Origin: Paraspadella gotoi
Taxonomy: Eukaryota; Animalia; Chaetognatha
Reading direction: 5' to 3'
Length of the DNA stretch: 64,000 nucleotides
Assembly: GCA_051294375.1 (NCBI GenBank)
Contig: CM119269.1
Span: 12,990,790 to 13,054,789 of the forward strand
Shown here: positions 11,601-21,919 of the stretch, piece after piece
Layout of the letters: every line of letters begins with the position of its first letter
Position numbering within the stretch: the stretch's first letter is position 1
The notes under the pieces: generated by a model
The model's database searches: none
What the model saw: only the letters and a program-made list of their open reading frames with translations
What the model was told of the DNA's origin: nothing
Made by a program: the position numbers and the translations under genes

Positions 11601-14600
11601 AAAAAAAGTTTTAAATACTAAAATTACACGTTTTTGAAGTTCAATGGGAAAAGGCGAAAAAGAAGTAAAAAAAGATAGATAAAAAATATATATAGAAAAA
11701 ATATTTTATTTTTATTAAATTACAATAATAAAAGAGATTACTGATTGAACGCTGTTTGTTTTTTTTTTTGTTTTTTTTTCTTTATTTACTTTTTAGTTTT
11801 GGCATATTATTTTATTTTCTTTAATGTGTCGATCATTTGACAATCCAGGCGAGGATCCTCAACTTTTGGCCGAGCTCGAGAAGGTGCTGAAGGAGAAGCA
11901 GGCCAAGGGAGCCAAACTTCGGGCCGAGTTGGAAAAGGCCATCGAATCTCGAAACATCGACAAGTTGGAGAAGGCGATCGACAACTTCAAAGCCGCCGGA
12001 CTAACTCAGGTAAGCCCGGCGAGGATCGAAACTCTCGTGATTGTCCAAACTGTAAAAAACTAACGCCTCCGACGAACGGCGCAGGCGGACGGACCGCTGG
12101 AAGAGGCTGAGCTTCTCCTGCTGCAGCTGCTGATGGAATCGGGCGACATGGCCCGATTGGAGAAGCGGATGCGTCTGGCCGGAAAAAACGCCGTAGCTAA
12201 GGCCTTGAAGGAAGCCGAAGCGGCAGGACCGGACTCGCCGGCCGCGAAATTGGCTGCCAAGTTGGCACATTTTATATTTAAAATTCTTTTTTATGAAACT
12301 TGAACATATTTTTATTCGGTTTTATCCATTTCGGTACATATCATCATATATCTTTCATCCAACCGTACAGCTTACATTTTAAAACTTATCCGATATGATA
12401 TATTTTAGCGGCCACAATATCCACACATTCGTCCATCCGCCCTTTAGAATCTTAAAAGAAAAAGAAAAGGAAGAAGACGACATCAAGGAGCGACTTCGAA
12501 AGGCCATCGAGTCTGGCGACAAAGCGGCGTTGGCAAAAGCGTTAAAAGAGGCCAAGGCCGCCGGAATTGCTGACGGTATGGTTGATTTGATTATCCTTGC
12601 TCTTCGGTCTTCCTGCTTTCGAGATTTTCATAAAATTTTGGTTGATCATCATTCATGGCCCTGATTTTTCCAGACGGACTTATCTCTCAGGCGGAATCTA
12701 TGTTGATTGACAAAGCGAAAGGCGACCTTAAAGCTGCGCAACGTGACATCAAAGAACAGGTTGGTGTGAGACTGCGGAGTCTGGCCGAGCGGGATGGAAA
12801 GTCATATTTGGGCTAACGGGCTACCCGTCCATACACCGGTCTAATACAGTAGTCTAAATGCGAAAACACATCGGGTAGGGATACAGTGCAGTTTACCTTT
12901 AAACGACGCGTTTATTCTATAAATTACCATCTGAAGCGATGAATCCAAACGACCAATTAAAGAAAAGGAGAAAATCAAAAAAACTAGAAATAACAAAAAC
13001 AACTAAAAGCACTGTTCTCGACAAAACAGGCCTTCAAATCGAATAAAGGCGCCGTGGACAAATTTGCTGGCGGAAAAGGTGGAAAGTCGGTCGCTGGCGT
13101 CAAAAAGGTAGTTTATTTGCTTATTCACAATTGACAAAAATAAACTAAAGATTGTTCTTATTTTGACATTTTAATTTGCCTCAGCAACTGAGCGAACGCG
13201 ACGAACAGCTCGTTGCCGCTTTGAAGGAAGCCATCGAAATTGGGGAGATATCCGTCCTCGAAGCCGCCATCAGGGACTATCGAGGGGCGGGTTTGACCAA
13301 CAAGGAAGGTCCGCTCGACAAGGCAGAGATGTTGCTTATCATGTTGATTAAGGTGAAAAAACTCGCGCGGAATTGAAGACAAAAATACGGAATTAATGAT
13401 TCATGTCTTTGACCGTGATTTGGGGGGGGATTTGTAAAAAATATAAAAAATCCATTGCATTTCTTGACAACAATAAAAAAATTAAAAATCGCAGACCAAA
13501 GATTTGTTACTGGAAAGAGAAATAAAAAAATATATCCAAAATCAAATTTACAAATTAAGCATCGCAGGAAACCAAGAATTAAAATTTGATACTCATTAAT
13601 TTAATGATTGCTTTCAGAAAGCCGAGGAGAACGGTGAAACCGTCCGTCGGCCGAGTTTCTTGAAGGACCGAATCGACGACCCGTACGGACTTAAAGGAAA
13701 GTTAAAGACTAAAGCGGATTTGGAGAGGGAGATAAGGAAGGCCATGGCCGCCGGAGATATGGGAAGATTGGAATATCTGTTGGATCAAGCCAGGGCACAG
13801 GGTTACAACTCACAGGTGAAGCGACGGTTTTTGTTCATTAAAATATTTTCTAAAAGTCTATTTGAATAAAAATCTATTTTAACAATCTTATTGGAAAATT
13901 GGCTCACCTTTTCCCGTTACGTACCCCCCTTTGAAAAAAAAAAAACAAAAAAAAACATCAAGGACCTCGGAATCATGAAACAAGCGAAAAAGCAACTTGA
14001 AGCCGGCGTCGGCAAAGCGCGCCGGTTCAGCGCCGAGGAGCGCGCCAGGATGAACGCCGCCCGCGAAAAAGGACTCGCCATGGAGGCGGAGGCGATGAAG
14101 ATCAAGGATCCGAAGGAGAGGGCGTTGGCGCTCTTACGGGCGGCCGTGGTGATGAGGTGAAATGACAGTTGTGAGAGCTATAGATGGATGATGAAGAGGT
14201 TGTTTTTTGTTAGGACAAAGAAAACAGGTTTTTAGCCTGATTTAAAAAATTATGTTCGTCCATCCGTATGTCCGTTCGTCCCCCCTTATCTTTAAACGCT
14301 AATTACTCATGAGTGGATCTGGTGATTAAGTTGAAATTTTGTATGTGGGTAAAGAAGTTTGTGATTGTTATGGAAATTAAGTCCCAGTGGAAATGAGTAA
14401 ATACAAGCTTCAAAAACTCTAATAACAATTAATTAATTAATATATTAATTAATAATTATTTAAATTATTAAGTAATATGATAATATAATTACAAGATTTA
14501 GCAAAAAATATCGAAGCTGCACAGATAATTATTAATTAATTATTAAATAATCATTTAATTAATTATCTGATCTCCTGCTTACGGCTAATTGTGAGCAGAT

Positions 14601-15984
14601 GCGGCATTGTTTGCTCAAACTTGTTTATCTTCTTTTAGCCTTGTAAATCTCAAAAATAGTTCAATATTAGAGAAATAAAGTCCTCGGATATAAACTCTCG
14701 AGGCACTTCTCATCTCAAGGGCCAAATTGGTGGCACCAATTGTCAGATTCCTCACTCACGCAATTCGTCTTTCAAATAACCTCGTCCCTCAAACCCGATA
14801 TCTCATTGCACGATTTGGTCTTCAACCGATGAAGGGACAAGAAGAAAATTGAGCTCCGTCTGGAGGAAGTTAAGAAGGTTGGGGCTAAAGTCCCCAAAGA
14901 AGAGATGGATCAGATCAACTACCTCTTGGGTGTTCTGGATTGCCGCGCCAAGACCCTCAGAGCCATCAAGGACAAGGACGCGGTTCAACTTGAGAAACAA
15001 CTCAAGATTGCAAAAGCCAAGGGTTATTTCGAAGATGAGGAGCACGCGGGTGAGGAACAGGAGTTACGTTTACGTTTAAGATTTAACTTAATGTTTATAG
15101 TGAAATATTATAAAGCATTGTATTTTAGGGAAATTAAGCTTACTTACAATTTATATGTATGCTGTCTCTCTCCATATTTTTGTTTGGACAACTCATTTTT
15201 GCGCTTAGTATTTAAAGTTGAAGCAAAGTCGAAACATTTCCCCGATTTTCAAAAATAGAAATCTTTGCTGTTTGTTTTCCGACCATGTTTTCATCAGTCA
15301 TCACTTTTATTTTTGCCCACCACGCAGGATTCTTCCTTAACGCCGAGCATCAGTTAGGTCTGATGATGGCCATGGACGAAATCATAGAAGACGTTTGGAC
15401 AATGACGGGTTACGACATTGCTGAAGTCAGAACTTATCGATGCCCTCCAAAAGGTAATTACTATTTAGAACTCATAAAAGAGCAGAGCGCACCAGTTTTG
15501 ACTTCTTGACTCACCCTAGGTGTCCGAAGTGTCATCCTCGCTTTTTTTCGTCTGCTCGGCTACGAATGGCAATACCTTCAGTCGTGGAAACAAATCCAGG
15601 TCGCCACGTCTTTTTAGTGTCCAGTGGATCGAAATGGATTGGCCGATAATTGATTGGCCAGCGTTTAATCATCCAGTTTTATTTGCCAGGTGTTGTTGAC
15701 GTTCTGGTTGAAGATCACGTCTCGCTACATCCTCGGCCGGGTCGAGCCTAAGGATCTTCAGTACGAACACGCCATGGACGCTAAAAAGCTTCTGACGGGT
15801 ATTAAACCAAGGAAGAAAACTGCGGCTCAGTTACGATTTATTTTTAAAGGGAAAAATGGTTTCGATTTTAGGCTGGGATACGGACGCGATGATTTATAAA
15901 TCAAAGCCCGTAGCGGTTTTCTTCCGTTGGACGTACAACATGGTTTATCAAGTGACGAACTTTAGAGATGTCAATGACGATTGA
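1..15984 (+). CDS. Multi-exon (>30 exons), 5'-truncated large alpha-helical repeat protein with C-terminal dynein microtubule-binding-domain-like module
   Basis: GC-rich exons bounded by GT/AG encode recurring units like L.KAIESGD...L.KAL.EAKAAG..D. The last exons (15328-15453, 15520-15599, 15690-15798, 15872-15984) splice in frame to DIAEVRTYRCPPKGVRSVILAFFRLLG...W...SKPVAVFFRWTYNMVY, stop TGA 15982-15984. The start lies outside the window and some 5' exons have apparent indels. Confidence 0.75.
507..915 (+). mobile_element. Non-autonomous Helentron/DINE-1-like (HINE) element, family H1
   Basis: Sub-terminal inverted repeat GCCGGATCTGC / GCAGATCCGGC, 3' palindrome CCGGAATCTGCTGTAAGCAGATCCGG and a GGAC microsatellite. 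A related inverted partial copy lies at ~14233-14620. Confidence 0.55.
1030..1645 (+). mobile_element. Diverged copy of the ~610-bp hAT-like MITE
   Basis: Colinear with 25421-26032; ends TTTTACTACGCCGTTA; left TIR decayed. Confidence 0.7.
2440..3165. repeat. C-rich intronic minisatellite (~50-bp unit)
   Basis: Tandem CCCCGAATCCCCTCACTTCCCCCTTACCCAATCCCCCAAATCCGTCCCCCTT variants. Confidence 0.9.
3975..4215 (+). mobile_element. HINE-like element, family H2 (partial)
   Basis: Shares sequence with 33153-33600; GACC/GACA microsatellite and terminal palindrome GTTGCTCCGCGAATACTCGCGGCGCAAC. Confidence 0.55.
4985..5180. repeat. AT-rich ~60-bp tandem repeat (about 3 copies)
   Basis: GATGATTTTTGTTAAGTTAAATTAGGTTAAGTTTGATCAAATTTAAACAAGAC repeated. 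Confidence 0.85.
7733..7945 (+). mobile_element. Family B element, partial unit: tRNA-like head (7769-7840) plus twister-like fold (7843-7918)
   Basis: Direct repeat of 9283-9491. 7-bp acceptor-like stem GCGGCCA/TGGTCGT and B-box-like GGTTCTAGCCC. Twister-like order: P5, GA-CGGG, palindrome, UGA, P2, GCC, P3, P4 with loop UCCGAGGC. Confidence 0.7.
7992..8054 (+). ncRNA. Type-P5 twister ribozyme, family A copy 1 (P1 palindrome broken: AGGCGU)
   Basis: P5 UAUCUUG/CAAGAUA; GA-UGGA pairs with L4 UCCA (T1); UAA site; L2 ACC with L4 GU (T2); P4 CCUG/CAGG. Confidence 0.7.
8316..8377 (+). ncRNA. Type-P5 twister ribozyme, family A copy 2
   Basis: Same fold with AGGCCU P1; predicted U^A cleavage 8341/8342. 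Confidence 0.8.
8637..8699 (+). ncRNA. Type-P5 twister ribozyme, family A copy 3
   Basis: Same fold; predicted cleavage 8662/8663. Confidence 0.8.
8960..9022 (+). ncRNA. Type-P5 twister ribozyme, family A copy 4
   Basis: Same fold; predicted cleavage 8985/8986. Confidence 0.8.
9074..9518 (+). mobile_element. Family B element, full ~418-bp unit plus start of next unit; twister-like fold at 9390-9464
   Basis: ATAATAATAATTACTGTCTCTTCA occurs at 9074 and again at ~9492; contains the second copy of the tRNA-like plus twister-like module. Confidence 0.7.
10136..10376 (-). mobile_element. Family A dispersed, 5'-truncated copy with twister (10181-10242)
   Basis: Reverse complement of the array unit; one C lost in the L2 ACC motif. 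Confidence 0.85.
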
Positions 15985-16543
15985 GCGTCGACCTCGAGTT
16001 AGCTGAATACTAGTGAATAAGATGATGGAAGAACTGGTTAAAAGTTCGGCGATAAATAAAACAAATTTACCTCAATTTTTCTAATCGTCTAAAATATATT
16101 TCGAATCGAGGAAAAAAAAGTTATTTTAAGATTATCATCAAAACTTGAAAATATTAAAAACATGGCGGACAATTTCAGAATTTTAAAACTACGTCTCCAG
16201 GTTAGGCAACGATTTAATCATTAACGATGGTTTTACCATAGTTTTGAGAAAAAGCTACCTGCAATCTTTAATAAACGTTAAAACGAAAAATAAAGAATCG
16301 GCTACGTCGACAGAGAAACGGGTAACGCTTTGTACACAAAGACGGCTTGAAGTTAAAGTTACCGGTAGTAAGAGGGGCGTGGTAAAGACGGTTTTAAACC
16401 AGTCGTTGTGAGTTAAAAACGATTTCGAACTCACACAATGCCGCCCTCTAAAAACGATCTAATGGGAGGGAAATGGTTAGCCGTAGAGCAGGGTAGACAG
16501 GGATCATGGGTATTTAACAACTTCGTCCCGAAAGTGGAACGAA

Positions 16544-17762
16544 TCAAGATACGTAAGACATGGGGCGGTCGTGTAGGCGTCGCTGGATCTGATCGTACGT
16601 GAACTTGACAAAAGCATCGTACTGTTCGGCCAATTTGTCGGTCAAAACGCGATCGTACTCTTCGCGTAGAGCCGCTTCCCGCTCGCGGACAAGGCGGTCG
16701 CAGATTAGGTTCACCTTTGACAAGGAAATGGGAATTTTGAAATGCTGACGTGATTGGATGGTTATCAAGTTATGATTTAAGGAATTTACTTGTTTGAAAT
16801 TGAAAATGGGTTTGTCCTCTTTGTCCTGCTTGGTCGACGACGCTGTAGCTGCCGCGGCTGGCGCGGAGTCGGCAAAGGAGGAAGTCGACGGAAGCGGAGG
16901 TGATGACGCAGCGACAACCATCTCCGCTTCGGAGTCGCTCCCCGATCCGCTATCTGAATTAAGAACAATATAAATGTAGCAGATTAATTTGTGGATTATC
17001 TCAAATGAGATCGAGTTCAATCTCATTTGCTTATTGTCGTATTCTGATTAATTTTTGTTCTATTGCCCTAAACCTAAAGGTTTAATATTAATATTTTAAA
17101 ATAGTATAAAAGTATTTTAAATATTATTTAAAACCTCCAAACCATTAAGTTAAATATCCAATGAAACTATATTAACCGATGTCATGTATAATCAGGGTAG
17201 CCATTTTCATACAAAATTAAGCCTCTGTTACATAAAACTTAGCGCCCAAAAGATTTTCAACAAATAATGAATTAAGTCTACACGAATCGTCAGAAATTCG
17301 TCCCGAGTTTATCTATCCGTGATTAACACTACCAATAATTAATAATAATAATAATAATGATAAATGACCTTGCTGCGTTCCGTCGGTGGCGTGAGCCTCT
17401 TCGGCGTTGGTCTCTGGATGACGAGAGCATCGATGTTGACTTTTGATTTGACGTCGTCTCTGCATCCGACGAAGTTCAGCCTGGATTTTGGCCGCGATCA
17501 CGACTGAATCCAGGAAGGTAGAAAAAAGTTGAAAATGAAAGTTATTACTACTATTAATTTATTCGGTTTTTTTAATAAACTAACCGTTTGTCATCGGAGG
17601 CTTGACTTCCCCGAACGGCGATGGTTTCGTGGGCGTCGAGCTCGAAGCGGCCGCCGTCGGTGAGACGGTCATCGGCGCGCATCTTTGCCGCTTGGGGGAT
17701 TTGTGGTGATCGTGGAGAAGAGGATCAAAGTCCAAAGAGCGCTTCAATGTCGCGCAAGCCAT
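16544..17762 (-). CDS. AKIRIN: Akirin (4 exons)
   Basis: N-terminus [22 protein letters not shown]; C-terminus [32 protein letters not shown]...MSYVS. Confidence 0.97.
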
Positions 17763-18535
17763 CTTCGTACGAATGTGGGAAGGCCGCTCGAATCTGTTTT
17801 CTGTATAAAGAAAGGATACGAAATATAATCAATTATAGAGTAAATTTGCTGAATCGAAACTAAATCGTTGGTCGTTCGCCACATGACAGTTTAGGATATA
17901 ATTATGCAGATCTGATATACCTTAATAGTTGAATTACGGCATGAACGCAAGTGAACTCCAGTCTTTACTGCTGTTGGGTTATAAGATTTTCAAGTTAAGC
18001 TGTGGGAAGCATATTGGTATTAATTTCTGAAAAAGATTAAAGTATATTTATATTCAAATATTCTTATGATACATAATAAGACTACAAAATATCTAAAAAA
18101 TGAAATCATTTCAACATTGCACCCTCATGGCGGCCATAACCGCAAGCTGTTACAAATGGAGATCTAAGAAGGCATGTATTTAAATCGTTCTCAAGGTCAA
18201 AACGTTTTTTAGAGGCAAATGATGTCCAACTAGGAGTATCTCCTTTAGCTACCACGAGCAGGATATTTAGGCAGTGGCGGAGGCCATTAAGGATGCGTAA
18301 GCACGTTGCAGACGGAACCGGAGCCCTTGGAAGAGTAAGAAAATTATGACCTTATTATGCATTATTTTCCGAAATGCAATGAATAGAATGGTGCAAAATT
18401 GAAAGAGAGTAACGGATGCTGAGCCCGCAAGGAGGGGTGGCGATTTTATATATTTTTTCTTTCAGTCAGCAATTGCCCGAACTGCCATTCACTGCCGTGC
18501 GGGGAGGAGATTAAAGTTTAGTTTTAAATAAACCG

Positions 18536-18682
18536 ATTGGTTAACAACTTCTTTAATTCCTCTTCTCATTGGTTGACGAAAAAGATTGATCATTTTGAGA
18601 ATACGACCACCTTTGCATCGTCATTCGCACATTGGTTGTCGGCTGATTGGTTTCATATCACTCCGCTTTATTTTATCCAATC
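18536..18682. promoter_or_regulatory. Cluster of CCAAT boxes, candidate divergent promoter upstream of akirin
   Basis: Four ATTGG(TT) and one CCAATC within ~150 bp between divergent genes; akirin has an acceptor-like AG ~40 nt upstream of its ATG, implying an upstream non-coding exon. Confidence 0.4.
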
Positions 18683-19758
18683 ATCGCCCACGCAGCTGAT
18701 TTCTGTTTGAGCCTCATCACTCCTTGATACTTAATTGTCGGTTCGCTTTGTATTTCTCCGCTTTTCTTACTCGCGGTTTTTAAAATTAAGTAACTTCGTT
18801 TGTTATCAAAATTTGTTGCGTCGGTGTTCGAAGATTGGTGGAAACAATGGAACGTTTACAGGTTCTTTTAAAATTAGTGTCGACTGATTAATGGTAAGGT
18901 TTTTATGCTGCAGAACAACATAAATGAACCGAATAACACGAATGACTTTTTCCAAAAGGATTAGGAACTAGTTTTTGAGATGGCGTTTCATCGGCGCTGC
19001 CCTCTGCCAATCATGGTGCGACATGAATTCCTTGTCCCTGGAATTTCTTTTCTTTTTTCTTGCCGATAATAAAAAAAAAAAATCAGTCGGGTTCCTTAAT
19101 ATTGTTCGCTACTTTTATACCGAATTTTTACCACTTGTGAAGGGTCCGTCTGCAAATTTCTGGTTTCGAAATTATCTGATTTCATTTTGTCAATTTCCAG
19201 TGCACTGGGCAGTTAAATTTAAAATCTGCAAGATTTGGCAGCCAATTTGTGATCATTCAGATAAATTCGTTTTGTATTATATGTGATAATTATATTGACG
19301 GGAAAATTTACAATGATATTTAATAACTTTGATTGAACGTATGGCACATAGTGGATAACGGCACCGGCATGACTGAAGTATAAATATTTTGTACGAATTT
19401 GTATTTCTAGTCAGAGTTTTATCGGTTAATCATTTGAAGTAAAATTTAAAATAACCTTTTGAAAAAAAGGTAATTCGCCAACCGACATTTTGCTATATGT
19501 TATTTTTTTAATTTTTTAAATTTGTTTATTTATTTATTTCTTATGAGCGACGTATAGAAATCTCGTTACGCAAAAATAAAAAGGGACACTGGTAAGGGTA
19601 GAAAAACTTTTTATTACAAATCCCTAACCCTACCCACCCCTAATCCTTAACCAACCTCAACTCAATTGCTAACCGTTTAAAAAATATAATGAAAATATTG
19701 TTTTTCCTTTCCTTTTCTTGTTTGTTTACATAATATGAGTTTAATTAAGAAACAAATT

Positions 19759-19945
19759 TCAGACAGGTTTCGGCTTCAATGTAAACCTTTTTCAGCGCAA
19801 AAGCGAATTGATTTGTGAAACAAATATTTTCACAGACTTTGTCTTTGACGTTTGAAGAGAGAGAGAGAGAGACAGTCTGAACATATTAGTTTCACAAATC
19901 AATTCGTTTTTGCGCTGATGAAAGCTTACAGAGTTCGGACTTGAA
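19759..19945. mobile_element. Inverted pair of Penelope-type fragments, each ending in a decayed minimal hammerhead, around a GA microsatellite
   Basis: ~70-bp inverted arms. Minus arm reads GCG-CUGAAAA-A-GGUUU..AAGCC-GAAA-CCUG-UC; plus arm reads GCG-CUGAUGA-AAGCU..AGUUC-GGAC. Confidence 0.55.
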
Positions 19946-21919
19946 TCTTACCCCCTTAATTGATCCCTCCCCACGCACGATTGTTTTAAAAAAATTGTTT
20001 TATTTTTTATAGCAGAATAATTGTTAAGTATTTTTTTATCTTTTGGATTGTATTTAGTTTTGCTATGTCGAAAAACATTAGTATGGGAAGCAACCGAAAA
20101 CCAGGAGTCATGTTTGCTCCGCGCCCAAATAATTAAAAATTCTTACAAAAGTTACAATGACCAATCTAGTGGGTTTCTTTATGGTGGTATTGAGAGAGTA
20201 CTGTTTATGGATTTCTCAAATAAAAAATCTAACTTCTAGCATAAGCCAAAATTGTATAACAAGCAATATCAATCAGTTAGTAATTTAAATTTTTTTATTT
20301 TTTTAAAAAATTGAAGTTGCAGTATGCTGCAATAAATTGAAGTACCATACATTTACCGGGATTAGGTCCCTCACTTATAAACCATCGAACTATGTTATTT
20401 ATACAGCATAATATACTATGTTACTAGTATAAAGTAAGATTTTTTTAAATATAATTTCTCCGAATTTTGGCTTCAGGGCATTATCCCCCATATAATACAG
20501 TATCTAAAATCATTTGGATATTGCATTATGGGGCGAATTAAATGTAATACTCAACAGTACTTGTAACCGGAATTACATCAAACTCGACCCATTATTGAAT
20601 ACACAGTGGTTCCAAGAATATAAATTTTGCGCAACAAAAACTGACGTGTTGCGTAAAAATGTTTTTTGGGCATCGACTGAAATCTAAGATAATGAAGTTT
20701 CTAAATATGTTTTCGGTTTTAACCTACATGTAATCGTTCTCTAGTAATAAAAGCCCAAAGTTATTCCTAAAATATCTCAATTGTTAGTCCTTGTCGGCAA
20801 TTATCGTTTGATCTAGCTATTATCGTAGAAATAGACCTCCGTCTCTATACTCTCTATAGACCTCGTCTTGATATTCTTGTTAACATCCCACTCATATGTC
20901 GCGAGTCTCTGGATCTAACGATAGCTTGCTGTTTAGTAAATATCTTTTCAGGTTTAAGACTTGTGATTATATTTAACGGTTATAACAACATAAGAGATAC
21001 CGATACATCAAAACTGGATTATCTTGCAAGGGAAGAAATTTAACCATTTGCGCTAAGGCTTTAGATGATATTTAAGTAGTGGTGATTTTACTATCCTTTT
21101 TAACACGGCTTTCACTCAGCAAATCTTTTTAAATGACGTTCTAACGTAACATGCTTTGGTGTTCGGGTTCCTCTGTAAATTTTTACCGATCCGCTTTACC
21201 CGCGCCAGAGGCAGGTGGTGGCCCTTGCCTAATAAAACGACAAAAGCAACGAGAACACTTAAGTTTAGTTTAGTAATTACGATCGAAAAAAGGTGTGCTT
21301 TTGTGGAAGAATGAATGTACTCGGAGTCGATCAACTTAGGCCAGTCTATACTTGCCCCTTTCACCCTCATTTCGAGGCTACAATGATTCGGTTAATTTTT
21401 TTTTCTTTTTCCCTAGTCCATTTTATTTATCCTCCTCTAATATTTACTTAAATATTTATCTCCGTTTCTCTCTCTCTCTCCTGATTCCCCGCATTTTCTC
21501 ACAGCTTTTTCATTTTACATTTTTTATTTTTTCGTTAGTCTAGATTCTAAATAAGTTTATTTTTGTAGTGTTAGATCTCTGATTCTATATATCCCTTGAT
21601 AATTATATTTCTCCGTCTAAACCGGCAGGATCGATTTCGCGTTTCGGAGAAACCGGTTATCCTCTTCGTTCGAAACGTGTCTCACTGTGCAGCCGTGGTC
21701 GTCGTCTCGGACTCGATAATCCTTTTTTCGCTTTAATTCGATTTTCTCTTTTCTGCTTTCGGTCTCTTTTACCTCTTTTCTCTCTCTCTCTGCCCCCTTC
21801 ATTTCTCTCTAGGGGGGGAGTTTGAACTTTTTATCAACTTTTATTCCAGAATAAATATACAAATGTTATTCCACGCGAATTTAATTTGGCGGCACCGAAA
21901 TTAAAACCTTTTTTCCCTG

